NCBI GenBank assembly: GCA_007376385.1
Contig: VMGC01000004.1
Span: 64,001-128,000 of the forward strand
Direction: 5' to 3'
Source of the DNA: Parcubacteria group bacterium Gr01-1014_8
GTDB lineage: Bacteria; Patescibacteriota; Minisyncoccia; Phycocordibacterales; UBA2100
Length of the DNA stretch: 64,000 nt
Program-made: the position numbers and the translations under genes
Part shown: positions 1 to 9,127 of the stretch, piece by piece
Position numbering within the stretch: position 1 is the stretch's first letter
Layout of the letters: every line of letters begins with the position of its first letter
Notes under the pieces: model-generated
What the model was told of the DNA's origin: nothing
Seen by the model: only the letters and a program-made list of their open reading frames with translations
Databases searched by the model: none

Positions 1-1003
1 TGTGCCTCCGCCAAGTCGATATAGATTCTTTGTATTTTTTGGCGTCTCGCTGCGATCGATCTTCGCACCTCGTATTCGCACGTCGTAGTCCGAGCTGAGT
101 ATGAAATCCGGTGTATGAGCCGAAAACGACATGTCGAGCACCGCGATTTTGTACGGCACATCATCTCGATAGAGGACATCTAATACCGATGCTACGAGTG
201 TTCCCGCGTTCCAAACGATAGCCGCGCCAGGCTCTAACTGAACACGAACATCGTATTTCTTTTGGAACGTTTTGATAAGCGCAATGATTCCATTTACGTC
301 ATATGCATCATCGGTAATTTTCTGACCGCCGCCAAAGTTGATCCATTTCATGCCGGGGAAATACGTTGCAAATTTCTCTTCCACAAGAGTTACAGCAGTT
401 TCTAGTTCGGAGAATTCCTTTTCAAAAAAGATATGAAAATGAAGTCCGCTAATGCCTTCGAGCGCCTTAGGGTCTTTCGCGAGGGCTTCTTTGAATTCGT
501 TGATACGGATGCCAAGCCGTGAGCCTGGTGCGCAAGGGCTCCATAATCCGCCATGCTCATCGGGCCCCAGATATTCAGGATTGATACGTAACCCGCATTG
601 TATCTTCATTCCCGTATTTTTTTCGTGTGCCCACACGCGTTCACGAAATTGATACCACTGGCTGAATGAATTAAATACGATGGTATTGCAATATTTCAAC
701 ACATCCGCAAATTCCTCTTCTTTGTAGGCAGGAGCATACATGTGCACTTCCGACCCGAATTCATCGAAGCCAAGTCTAGCTTCATTCAGCGAACTCACTT
801 CAGTACCGTCTAAATATTCTTTAGTGATATGAAAGAGGGGCCAGGTTGCCCATGTCTTCAAAGCTTGCAGCATGAAGCAACCCGTCTCGTCTTTCACGTG
901 TTTCAGTATCGAGAGATTATGTCGAAGTAATTCTTCCTCGATAACAAATGCGGCGGTCTTTATTTTTGACGGATCAAGTGTGGAAGCAGGTCTTTTTTTC
1001 ATA
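1..1003 (-). CDS. nspC: Carboxy(nor)spermidine decarboxylase, partial; C-terminus lies beyond the window start
   Basis: Minus-strand ORF starts at the ATG (rc of 'cat') at 1001-1003 and runs off the window. My translation (MKKRPASTLDPSKIKTAAFVIEEELLRHNL...LQALKTWATW...VFNSFSQW...GGGQ) resembles the NspC/CANSDC family (LALKCFATW, IFNSISQL motifs). Not in the ORF track because it has no in-window stop. Confidence 0.6.
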
Positions 1004-1060
1004 TCAGCAATGTACTACGTATTCGTGAGAATGCGAGCATTTACAGTGTAGAATTTACCC

Positions 1061-1555
1061 ATGGAAGATAAAACAATTAATGCTTTGCGCTGGATTCTAG
1101 AAATTCTACATAGGAATGAAGTTGAATATCAGATCACAGGTGGTCTTGCGGCCAAAATATACGGATCTCCTAGGCCACTTAACGATATTGATATAGACCT
1201 ATCAGGAAAGTCGTTTCCAACGATAGTGCCTGAAATCTCAGAATATATAACATTTGGTCCCGCTCGTTTTAAAGATGGTAAATGGGATATGGATATGATC
1301 TCACTGAATTATCAGGGGCAGGAGATGGATTTAAGCGGTATAGACAATGATCCTCGCATCAGCAACAAGCCGAGAACAGAGTGGATCCCGTATCTCAGTG
1401 ATATTTCTAAAAAATTGAAACTTGATCATGAGGGAATGGACGTCTGGGTTATGCATCCTCGCGCATTGGCGGCATACAAGAAAGAACTCGACGGCGACCA
1501 CCAATCGATGGACATCGCAGCGGCAGAGAAATATGCCAGCGAACATGGATCGTAG
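1061..1555 (+). CDS. Minimal nucleotidyltransferase-fold protein (pol-beta-like NTase)
   Basis: 164 aa. 'GGLAAKIYGSPRPLNDIDIDL' fits the G[GS]x9-13 DxD nucleotidyltransferase signature. No HEPN partner seen. Confidence 0.45.
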   Translation: MEDKTINALRWILEILHRNEVEYQITGGLAAKIYGSPRPLNDIDIDLSGKSFPTIVPEISEYITFGPARFKDGKWDMDMISLNYQGQEMDLSGIDNDPRISNKPRTEWIPYLSDISKKLKLDHEGMDVWVMHPRALAAYKKELDGDHQSMDIAAAEKYASEHGS

Positions 1556-1560
1556 CACCT

Positions 1561-2472
1561 CTACGCTATGAGAAAAGAGCCAATGACCACAAGCAGGATC
1601 CCGGCGCTTTTTTGAATGACGGTTTCCTTCGTGAACACTTCTTCAAGATCGACTTTGAATTTCTGCTGCGCGAACATCGTGATCATAAGCAATATCAACG
1701 GATGGATGACTTTCATCGCAGCGACCTGAGTAACTGTCGCAAGAGTAAGCGCATGCAATGTGAAAAAGATATTCCCATAATCCGCCAGCTTCGCAAGGGA
1801 CGCCCCGCGTGCGTAGGAAAGAGCTCCCTGCAACTGTATACCCTTGCCGGCCCATGCAAAATGTATAGCAAGCATTACTGCGAGAAAGGCGCACATGTAC
1901 AGCATGCCACTCACCAGGAAAGACGCAGGAGAGAGCTCATACTGCTCGTAATAGCTCTTGAAAATATACCCCTCTGAACCGATGACGATCGCATCAAAAA
2001 TCAAGACACCGAGCATCATAAGTATGTATTTGGAATTTGAGAGTCTTTTTGACAGATCCTTGCGTGCAAAGAAGATCAACCCGCCGATAACCAACACTCC
2101 GACTCCGCCTATCTGCATCAACGTAAGCGACTCTTGCCGGAAAAAGATATCTATGGGCAGGAACACAAGGGGAAGAAGCGCGAACGTTACGCTGGCTGCC
2201 GTTATTTCAATGTACTTCAATATCCACGTATAGGAGATCGCTTGTATCGCATATACGAGTCCCCACCAAATTATCGGAAGAGAGAAGATTATCTCAGGCA
2301 CTGATCGGTAGATGAGAAATGCCACAACGATCGCAACACCAAGCACGATAATGTTCCGTATCAACGCGGCAACGAACGTGTCGAGCGTGCTTGAACCAAG
2401 CATCGCCGCTTTATCGATCGTTTCCTCAAGCGTGTTACAGAATATCGCGCCGAGGCTAAAGAGTTGCCACAT
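1561..2472 (-). CDS. EamA/DMT-family multi-TM transporter
   Basis: 303 aa, about 10 hydrophobic helices, with the duplicated 5-TM organisation typical of drug/metabolite transporters. Confidence 0.5.
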   Translation of the reverse strand: MWQLFSLGAIFCNTLEETIDKAAMLGSSTLDTFVAALIRNIIVLGVAIVVAFLIYRSVPEIIFSLPIIWWGLVYAIQAISYTWILKYIEITAASVTFALLPLVFLPIDIFFRQESLTLMQIGGVGVLVIGGLIFFARKDLSKRLSNSKYILMMLGVLIFDAIVIGSEGYIFKSYYEQYELSPASFLVSGMLYMCAFLAVMLAIHFAWAGKGIQLQGALSYARGASLAKLADYGNIFFTLHALTLATVTQVAAMKVIHPLILLMITMFAQQKFKVDLEEVFTKETVIQKSAGILLVVIGSFLIA

Positions 2473-2475
2473 GGG

Positions 2476-3702
2476 CTATATCTTCGCGGGAAGCGGTTTG
2501 TAGTTGATGACCTTATGTGGCAAACCATTTTTTGCAAGTGTCTTCAAGAACGGCTCCGGGTCCAATTGTTCGACGTTCCATACACCTGCCCCTGTCCAAA
2601 AACCTTTCATGACCATCATGGCTGCAATTACTGGCGGTACGCCCGCCGTATATGAGACTGCTTGAGAACCGACTTCGCGGAAGCATTTTGCGTGGTCGCA
2701 GACGTTATAAATGTATTTAGTACTTTCTTTGCCATTTTTTACGCCGGTCACGATACAACCGATGACAGCCTTGCCGCTGTACCCGGTTGCTAGCGATGCC
2801 GGGTCCGGGAGAAGTGCTTTCAAGAATTGAATTGGCACGATAGGTCTCCCTTCAAACATTACAGGGTCAATCCGACTGATGCCAATCGACTCCATGACGC
2901 GAAGATGCGTGAGGTAATTCTCGCCAAATGTCATCCAGAATCGCATTCGTTCAACAGAAGGGAAATGTTTGACAAGAGATTCCATTTCTTCGTGGTAGAG
3001 AAGATAGCTCTCCCTCTTTCCAGCAACAGGATAGTTGAAGGTGAAGTGGGTGCTTTTTGGGTCCATGATCGGGGGGCTCTTTACCCACTTTCCTTTGTTC
3101 CAATGTTTAACCTCTTGCGTAACCTCGCGAATGTTGATTTCTGGATTAAAATTCGTTGCAAATGATTTGCCGTGGCTTCCAGCATTTGCGTCGAGAATAT
3201 CAACGTACTTTATCTTGTCGAAATATTTCTTTGCGATATATGCGATGAAGGCGTTCGTAACTCCAGGGTCGAAGCCAGCGCCAAGAACCGCCATGATGCC
3301 CTTTTTCTTGTAGCGCGCCTGGTATGCCCATTGCCAGCTGTATTCAAAGTGAGCCTCATCGATAGGTTCGTAGTTCGCGGTGTCTATATAGTGGACTCCC
3401 GTTTCGAGGCATGCATCCATGATGGAAAGATCTTGGTAGGGAAGGGCGAGGTTGATGACGACCTCGGGATCTACTTTACGAATGAGCGCCGCTACATCTT
3501 TAGCTTTGTCAGCGTCTACAACATGGGTCTCAATGTCCACCCCCCAGCGTTTTTTTACATTCTTCTGGATTGCGTTCGGCTTTGCTATCGAACGGCTGGC
3601 GAGGTGTATTTTTTTGAATACGTCTTTATTTATTGCGCACTTGTGTGCGGCGACACTTCCGACCCCTCCGGCTCCAATGATGAGTACAGTTCCTTTAGCC
3701 AT
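2476..3702 (-). CDS. Carboxy(nor)spermidine dehydrogenase/synthase (saccharopine dehydrogenase family)
   Basis: N-terminal Rossmann motif 'MAKGTVLIIGAGGVGSVAAH' starts at the internal Met (rc ATG at 3700-3702). About 408 aa, saccharopine-dehydrogenase-like. It sits in the same cluster as the decarboxylase. Confidence 0.6.
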   Translation of the reverse strand: MAKGTVLIIGAGGVGSVAAHKCAINKDVFKKIHLASRSIAKPNAIQKNVKKRWGVDIETHVVDADKAKDVAALIRKVDPEVVINLALPYQDLSIMDACLETGVHYIDTANYEPIDEAHFEYSWQWAYQARYKKKGIMAVLGAGFDPGVTNAFIAYIAKKYFDKIKYVDILDANAGSHGKSFATNFNPEINIREVTQEVKHWNKGKWVKSPPIMDPKSTHFTFNYPVAGKRESYLLYHEEMESLVKHFPSVERMRFWMTFGENYLTHLRVMESIGISRIDPVMFEGRPIVPIQFLKALLPDPASLATGYSGKAVIGCIVTGVKNGKESTKYIYNVCDHAKCFREVGSQAVSYTAGVPPVIAAMMVMKGFWTGAGVWNVEQLDPEPFLKTLAKNGLPHKVINYKPLPAKI

Positions 3703-3759
3703 GGTTTCAATTTTATTGTATAGCCGGATGATAGGAGCGATAGGGGACAGCGTCAAGCA

Positions 3760-5595
3760 TCAGAAATTTCCCCACGCTGCCGGATGCCATGGTACTTTCG
3801 TAGAAATTTTTTCGGTCTTTTGCCGAAAGCCGTCATCCTTCATCAATTCTCGAATCGAAGGAAGAGTCTTGGGAGCGTTAGGCAATTTTTCTAGTACATA
3901 TACTTGCACAGGCGTACCAGAGGCAGTCATTTTTTTACGCAAAATAACATTCAGTATCTTTATGCGAGGAGCAATACCGCCTTCGTTGGGTTCTGAAAAT
4001 ATGGATTCGAGAAGCTCTAGTACGGAGGGGTAGACATAACGCGCCTCTATGAATATCTGCCCGTTTGTCGCAAGCCGTTCATAGAGTTCTCTCAAGACTC
4101 TGTCGTATAACGATTGAAATGCAGCTTTGTTTGCTATCTTCTCTTTCATTGCTCCGATCGGCCTGAAAAAAACGGTATCTAAAACAAATCCCCGAGATAT
4201 ATGGTCGTCGATTCTCGCAAGTAGGTTCTTGAGGCTTCCTCCTCTGCCCCGACGGAGAACATCCCCAGGGACAAATTCCAGTCCTGGACGGTGAGTCTGG
4301 GCGACGGCATTGGCATGAGGAGTATCACTTGGATCGATTGCTGTGGCCGCGATCATCGCGTCTTCACCTGCTTCAAATCCTAAATTTCCCTGGCCGAATA
4401 CATCTACGAAGAGGACTTTCTGTTTATTTCCATGTCGCTTTGCAATTCGTTCTTGGATACGTTGCGGAGACGAAAGCCCCCAGAAGGAGAGTTTATCAAC
4501 GCTCTCTTGCGAATTTATCTGTGTTGACCTTTTTACCTCATCTTCAATGTCGTCGGGGCTTCTCGCAAAATACGGAATATTACCCGCGTATGCATCCCAG
4601 TTTTTTTCTTTTAGCTTCTGTGCATCATGCATGTCGTATTTCAAGCTTTCTAACCCGCGGCGCATAACACCTTTTTTTAGGATTTTAAATTTGCGCACAG
4701 GTTTGGTGCGAAGTTTTGCCGTCTCTGAAATATAGTTCTCGTCCACTTGAGAATCTCCTGCTCGGTCGACATATATCTGCCGTTTGTAATAAGGTCTCAC
4801 AGTTTTTATGCTTATCAAATGACCGCCAACAATGGGCGCGTTTGACCCGAGTCTTTCGTCAAGACTAGTCTGGAGAGCGAAAATCTTTTCGGCTTGATTT
4901 TTGATGTTGCCGTTAGGTAACCGTGCGATATCGGCCGTTTTCATTCGAAGGATATAATCTTCATCTGTGAGAACCAAGCCTTCATTGCCTGATGGGAGAA
5001 GTGATTGGTCGGGAGCGAGTACATCGGTCCTACTCAAGTAATCAATGTCTAGTTTCCGAAGACGTTCAACCTCGGCAATTCCGGTGCCGGTTGTTCCATA
5101 ATACGTCGTAAAACCTTTGGTTTTTCCTACCGCGATCCGACTCATTATCGCCGCCAACGTTGTCGAAGCGCTGATTATTGAGTTAAACGAAGGCTCCGAA
5201 AATATCGTTGTATAGAGATCCTTCCCGATACCTTTCTGCTGGTGTTCTTTGCCCACGATAATGTCACGAAGAATCGCGACGGAGGCGTCGCTTGCGTCGC
5301 GCTCGATGCAACAAAATCCGAGTACGCGAGAATCGGAAGTTTTAATGAAAACCTTATCAACGCTCTCGAATGTTATCTGCAATTGTCGCTCAAATTCCGC
5401 TTCATCACGATCGTATGCCTCCTTAATGAGGGGCCAAAACAGATCCTTAAGTTGGACAATGTTCTCGTTCCACATCTCTTTGTCTTTAACGGTAAGGACG
5501 AGACTAGCACTTGAGATATCCATCGAGGCGCCTTTGAAATTCTCAAGCTTTAGTTTGAGCTCATTTGGACAATCACTCCCGATATCCCGTATCAT
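3760..5595 (-). CDS. Multidomain protein: N-terminal GNAT acetyltransferase, central unknown region, C-terminal class-I SAM methyltransferase-like domain
   Basis: 611-aa ORF. GNAT core 'VLGFCCIERDASDASVAILRDIIVGKEHQQKGIGKDLY' (Q/RxxGxG). C-terminal 'KVLFVDVFGQGNLGFEAG...IDPSD...FVPGDVL' resembles MTase motifs I, post-I and II. Start codon uncertain; an alternative Met is 24 codons downstream. Confidence 0.4.
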   Translation of the reverse strand: MIRDIGSDCPNELKLKLENFKGASMDISSASLVLTVKDKEMWNENIVQLKDLFWPLIKEAYDRDEAEFERQLQITFESVDKVFIKTSDSRVLGFCCIERDASDASVAILRDIIVGKEHQQKGIGKDLYTTIFSEPSFNSIISASTTLAAIMSRIAVGKTKGFTTYYGTTGTGIAEVERLRKLDIDYLSRTDVLAPDQSLLPSGNEGLVLTDEDYILRMKTADIARLPNGNIKNQAEKIFALQTSLDERLGSNAPIVGGHLISIKTVRPYYKRQIYVDRAGDSQVDENYISETAKLRTKPVRKFKILKKGVMRRGLESLKYDMHDAQKLKEKNWDAYAGNIPYFARSPDDIEDEVKRSTQINSQESVDKLSFWGLSSPQRIQERIAKRHGNKQKVLFVDVFGQGNLGFEAGEDAMIAATAIDPSDTPHANAVAQTHRPGLEFVPGDVLRRGRGGSLKNLLARIDDHISRGFVLDTVFFRPIGAMKEKIANKAAFQSLYDRVLRELYERLATNGQIFIEARYVYPSVLELLESIFSEPNEGGIAPRIKILNVILRKKMTASGTPVQVYVLEKLPNAPKTLPSIRELMKDDGFRQKTEKISTKVPWHPAAWGNF

Positions 5596-5607
5596 GATAG
5601 AAGTCTA

Positions 5608-6036
5608 TTAGCCTTCAAAAAGTAGAATAATTCCAATAGCGGAAAACAGAAAACCAACAGCCTTCGTGATAGACAACGGCTCTTTTAGAAAAATGATTCC
5701 AACAAACGCGACTATCGCAATTGCGACCACTTCCGTCAGAATGCCAGCGACGCTCAGTTGTGCGCCACGGCTATACATAAAGAAAATAGCGAGATCTGCA
5801 ATAGCTATAGAAGCACCTGCAAATAGGGCGGCACCGATGCCATAACGAGTGTACGTTAGATGTCCGTCGTATAAACGATAGAAAAATAAAAGGCAAAGGC
5901 TTACAGCCAGCGCCGACGACGTCATAATAATCACCGCAAGGAGAGGAGAGATTTTTTCGCCGGTCAATTTAGCACCGATGGCGTATCCAGCGGTACCCAG
6001 TGTGTAGAGCACGGCGAATATTTTCCACGACTGCAT
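5608..6036 (-). CDS. Small 4-TM membrane protein (SMR/EamA-half-like)
   Basis: I chose the start at internal Met 'MQSWKIFAVLYTLG' (rc ATG at 6034-6036), which is preceded by GGAG 5 nt upstream. The longer ORF-track form adds 43 non-hydrophobic residues. Confidence 0.45.
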   Translation of the reverse strand: MQSWKIFAVLYTLGTAGYAIGAKLTGEKISPLLAVIIMTSSALAVSLCLLFFYRLYDGHLTYTRYGIGAALFAGASIAIADLAIFFMYSRGAQLSVAGILTEVVAIAIVAFVGIIFLKEPLSITKAVGFLFSAIGIILLFEG

Positions 6037-6042
6037 CGCTCC

Positions 6043-6074
6043 AGTATATACTTCTGTAGCCTTTCGGTTGTCCA
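6043..6074 (-). promoter_or_regulatory. Putative sigma70-like promoter for the 5608-6036 operon (-35 TGGACA, -10 TATATA, 18-nt spacer)
   Basis: Minus-strand reading 'TGGACAaccgaaaggctacagaagTATATAct' lies just upstream of GGAG-ATG. Read by eye only. Confidence 0.25.
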
Positions 6075-6183
6075 CACTGTTGACAAAAAGATGCATATTT
6101 TGAAAAACGTGGTATGGTATCGGTCTATCCGAATACTGCAAGAGCGCAACCCGCGCATACGGCATCGGTAAGAAACATCAGAG

Positions 6184-7599
6184 ATGAGCACGGAATCCGC
6201 AACGCCTAAAAAGCGTGCGAAAACAAAAAAGAAAAAGAAGAAAAACGGTTTTAAAAAATTCTGGCGCCTCGGAATGGAGGAGTTTAATACGGGGGGCTTT
6301 GATATTAGTTCCGACGGCGAACTTGTCGCGCGCGAGGGCAATTATCAATACAATATTTTCGATATTGTAAAGAAATACGGCTCTCCGACGGAAATATTCT
6401 TTCCAACCGTCGTTGAGAACCGTGTGCGTGACCTTATCGAGACATTCAACGCGTACATAAAAGTCCTCGGATACAAGGGGAAATTTCACTACCATTATCC
6501 AATGAAAGTGAACCAAAACAAGGAATTTGTCTTACCTGCGGTAGCCGAGGGCTCCAACCTTGATGTTGCATCTGCAAACGAGCTGTATCTGGTAAAGCGA
6601 ATGTTGGAACAGGAAAGGTTCCACAACAAGATGCGCGTCATATGCAATGGTCCGAAAACAGCGCGGTACATGGACCTCATAGAAGAGCTGCGGGGGAAAG
6701 GACTCACGGTCATTCCGATAATCGAGGATCCGGTGGAGCTCGAGCGGATGCAAAAATTCAAAGGTCCTGTCGGCATTCGCGTCGATTTGAACGTTAAAGT
6801 GAAAAGTCATTGGGATAAGAAATTCAACCGCTTCGGCTTTACTGAAGATGAGTTGCTCGACATAGGGAAAATACGAAATCTTTCGGTATTGCACTATCAC
6901 ATTTCAAGCCAAATAGAGCAGATGAACGGATTTATTGAGCCGCTCAAAAGGGCAATTCAACTATTTGCAAAAATGAAGGAAAAGAATCCTGGATTGGACA
7001 CGCTCGATATCGGCGGGGGAGCAGGAGTTCCGTACAACAAGCAAAAGAAATTTTATTCGGGAAAAAGCCTCATTCAAAAGATCGTTAAAACAGCAAAAAC
7101 GCAAGCTGATGCGCTTGGGATAAAGCACCCGAATCTCATCGCCGAGTGGGGGCGTTACGTTGTCGCACCAGCCCAGATGACAATTTACAGGGTCATCGCC
7201 GAAAAGAGCGTGCAAAATAAAGGAGGCAATAAATGGTACGTCGTTGACGGAAGTTTTATGAACGACCTCACTGATACGTGGGCGCTCAAACAGAAGTGGC
7301 ACGTGATACCGATAAACAACTTACATCATCCGAAGTTGGAGCGGGTCTGGTTTGCCGGCAGTTCCTGCGACAGTGATGACAAGTACACTCACGGCGGCGT
7401 TCATGTTTTAGTGCCTAAGTTGTCAGATATAGACGAGCTGTTTGTCGGTATCCTCGATACCGGTGCATACCAGGACTCGCTTGCCTCGCATCATTGTCTT
7501 CTTTCATCGCCTTTGAAACTTATGGCTGCAAACGGCGAGATAAAAGTTGTGCGCAAGAGGGAGACACCAGAAGAGGTTGGGCGTCAGTTCGGGTGGTAG
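6184..7599 (+). CDS. speA: PLP-dependent arginine decarboxylase-like enzyme (fold-III Orn/DAP/Arg decarboxylase family, SpeA-like short form)
   Basis: 'YHYPMKVNQN' (PLP-lysine motif as in SpeA YPxKVNQ), 'LDIGGGAGVPY' (GGG loop) and 'SSCDSDDKY'. The N-terminal 30 aa are Lys-rich and come from an A-rich tract; the real start may be MEEFN at 6274. Confidence 0.6.
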   Translation: MSTESATPKKRAKTKKKKKKNGFKKFWRLGMEEFNTGGFDISSDGELVAREGNYQYNIFDIVKKYGSPTEIFFPTVVENRVRDLIETFNAYIKVLGYKGKFHYHYPMKVNQNKEFVLPAVAEGSNLDVASANELYLVKRMLEQERFHNKMRVICNGPKTARYMDLIEELRGKGLTVIPIIEDPVELERMQKFKGPVGIRVDLNVKVKSHWDKKFNRFGFTEDELLDIGKIRNLSVLHYHISSQIEQMNGFIEPLKRAIQLFAKMKEKNPGLDTLDIGGGAGVPYNKQKKFYSGKSLIQKIVKTAKTQADALGIKHPNLIAEWGRYVVAPAQMTIYRVIAEKSVQNKGGNKWYVVDGSFMNDLTDTWALKQKWHVIPINNLHHPKLERVWFAGSSCDSDDKYTHGGVHVLVPKLSDIDELFVGILDTGAYQDSLASHHCLLSSPLKLMAANGEIKVVRKRETPEEVGRQFGW

Positions 7600-7629
7600 G
7601 ACACAGACTAGGCATATGTTCGGTACCGT

Positions 7630-7655
7630 CGCTGTCTGTCGCTGCTGCGACAGCG
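7630..7655 (+). terminator. GC-rich hairpin downstream of the speA-like stop (7-bp stem CGCTGTC/GACAGCG), no U-tract
   Basis: Seen in sequence at about 7630-7655. Weak evidence as a terminator because no T-run follows. Confidence 0.2.
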
Positions 7656-7790
7656 CTGACTCTCGATCCGGTCGGCCTGCGAGACACGGCACCGAACACA
7701 TGCCCACGCTCGTTAAGGGGTGAATACAAAATGCAAATTCCACAGACTCGCTTATGATATACTTCTCGCATTAGACAATAATTATTGTAT

Positions 7791-8744
7791 ATGCCAAGTT
7801 CACCGAAAGTCACGCCGAAAGATTTCTTCCTCTGGGCAGGAGCGATGGTTGCCCTCTATGGGGGAGTCATTTCCTTCGTCACCCTATTATTTCAATACAT
7901 TGATTACGCGTATCCTGATCCTCTTTCCAACTATTCATACAGCGACCCGTTCTCAGGCAGCATGCGGTTTGCTATGGCGACTCTCATTGTGCTCGTGCCC
8001 GTAGCTCTCGTCATCATGCGCTTCATACGCAAAGACATCGCGCGCATTCCTGAAAAAAATGAACTGTGGGTACGACGATGGGCGCTCGTACTCACCGTCT
8101 TTATCGCTGGGGCTGCAGTAGTGGGGGACTCGATCGCGCTCATTAATTCGTTCCTGGGCGGTGATCTTACGACTCCATTTCTTCTCAAGGTTGTTGCGCT
8201 TCTTCTCGTTGCCGGTGCCGCATTCTTGCATTTTCTCGCTGACTTGCGTGGATACTGGACGGCAAATCGGGGACGGGCACAGATGGTCGGTTACGGAGCA
8301 GGAACCGTTGTACTTCTTACCGTCGTCGCAGGATTCTTCATCATGGGAACGCCGGGCGATGTGCGATTGATGCGTTATGACTCGCAAAAAGTGACTGACC
8401 TCCAGAACATACAATGGCAAGTGGTGAACTATTGGCAACAGAAACAAATGCTCCCGACAGCATTATCGCAACTTGAGGATCCTATCTCTGGTTGGAAGGC
8501 ACCGCTCGATCCAGAGGACAAGAGAGAGTATACGTATGAGAAAACAGGCGATATGTCTTTCAAACTCTGCGCGGAGTTCAACTTCGAAGTCACCGAAGAA
8601 ATGAATGGGGTGAAGGTTGCATATCCGGAATACGGCGTTAGTACGGACAATTGGCTGCATGGGCAGGGTGAGCACTGCTTTGACCGAACTATCGATCCGG
8701 ACCTGTATCCAGTCTATCCCAAAGGCGTTCCCATCCGCGAGTAA
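7791..8744 (+). CDS. Membrane protein, about 4 TM helices plus a C-terminal soluble domain; function unknown
   Basis: Track ORF 7785..8744 begins with TTG. The first ATG is at 7791 (MPSSPK...). Hydrophobic segments lie in the N-terminal 190 aa. Confidence 0.45.
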   Translation: MPSSPKVTPKDFFLWAGAMVALYGGVISFVTLLFQYIDYAYPDPLSNYSYSDPFSGSMRFAMATLIVLVPVALVIMRFIRKDIARIPEKNELWVRRWALVLTVFIAGAAVVGDSIALINSFLGGDLTTPFLLKVVALLLVAGAAFLHFLADLRGYWTANRGRAQMVGYGAGTVVLLTVVAGFFIMGTPGDVRLMRYDSQKVTDLQNIQWQVVNYWQQKQMLPTALSQLEDPISGWKAPLDPEDKREYTYEKTGDMSFKLCAEFNFEVTEEMNGVKVAYPEYGVSTDNWLHGQGEHCFDRTIDPDLYPVYPKGVPIRE

Positions 8745-8747
8745 TTT

Positions 8748-9002
8748 CTACGAGTCTGACTCGTAATGATCGAGTCGCCAGCGTTGGTAGGCGAGTAGCG
8801 CCCACTCTGAGCCTAGGATGAGCGACGAGATGGTTGCCGACCACAGATCGAGTGTCGCGTAGGTCGCAGCAAACACAAATAGTCCGCCAGCAGAAGCAAG
8901 TGAGGTGAGTAGTGCTGGCTTTTGTGCTCGATCAAATATCGTCGGTAAGATCGTCAAAATAAATCCCCACTGAATGATCGAGATAGCCCAATCTTGCCAC
9001 AT
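8748..9002 (-). CDS. Small 2-TM membrane protein
   Basis: 84 aa with two long hydrophobic stretches. It fills the gap between flanking genes. Confidence 0.35.
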   Translation of the reverse strand: MWQDWAISIIQWGFILTILPTIFDRAQKPALLTSLASAGGLFVFAATYATLDLWSATISSLILGSEWALLAYQRWRLDHYESDS

Positions 9003-9043
9003 GATTGTTAGTATATCGTATATAGTATATCGTATCTCGTATT

Positions 9044-9127
9044 ATGAAGAGATACGATCATCGCAAAATTGAGAAAAAATGGGCCTCCTTCGCTAAGGCT
9101 ACGGACGGGCAAACAGCAGAAGTATGA
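9044..9127 (+). other. 27-codon upstream ORF that mimics the LeuS N-terminus; its TGA overlaps the leuS ATG (ATGA)
   Basis: Translates as MKRYDHRKIEKKWASFAKATDGQTAEV*. Its first 13 residues parallel LeuS MKSYDHKRIERKW. The stop at 9125-9127 overlaps the leuS start at 9124-9126. Confidence 0.3.

Noticed and set aside
7621-7660. GC-rich hairpin after the speA-like gene as a firm intrinsic terminator
   Set aside because: The stem is only 6-7 bp with a long loop and no downstream T-tract. I kept it as a low-confidence feature only.
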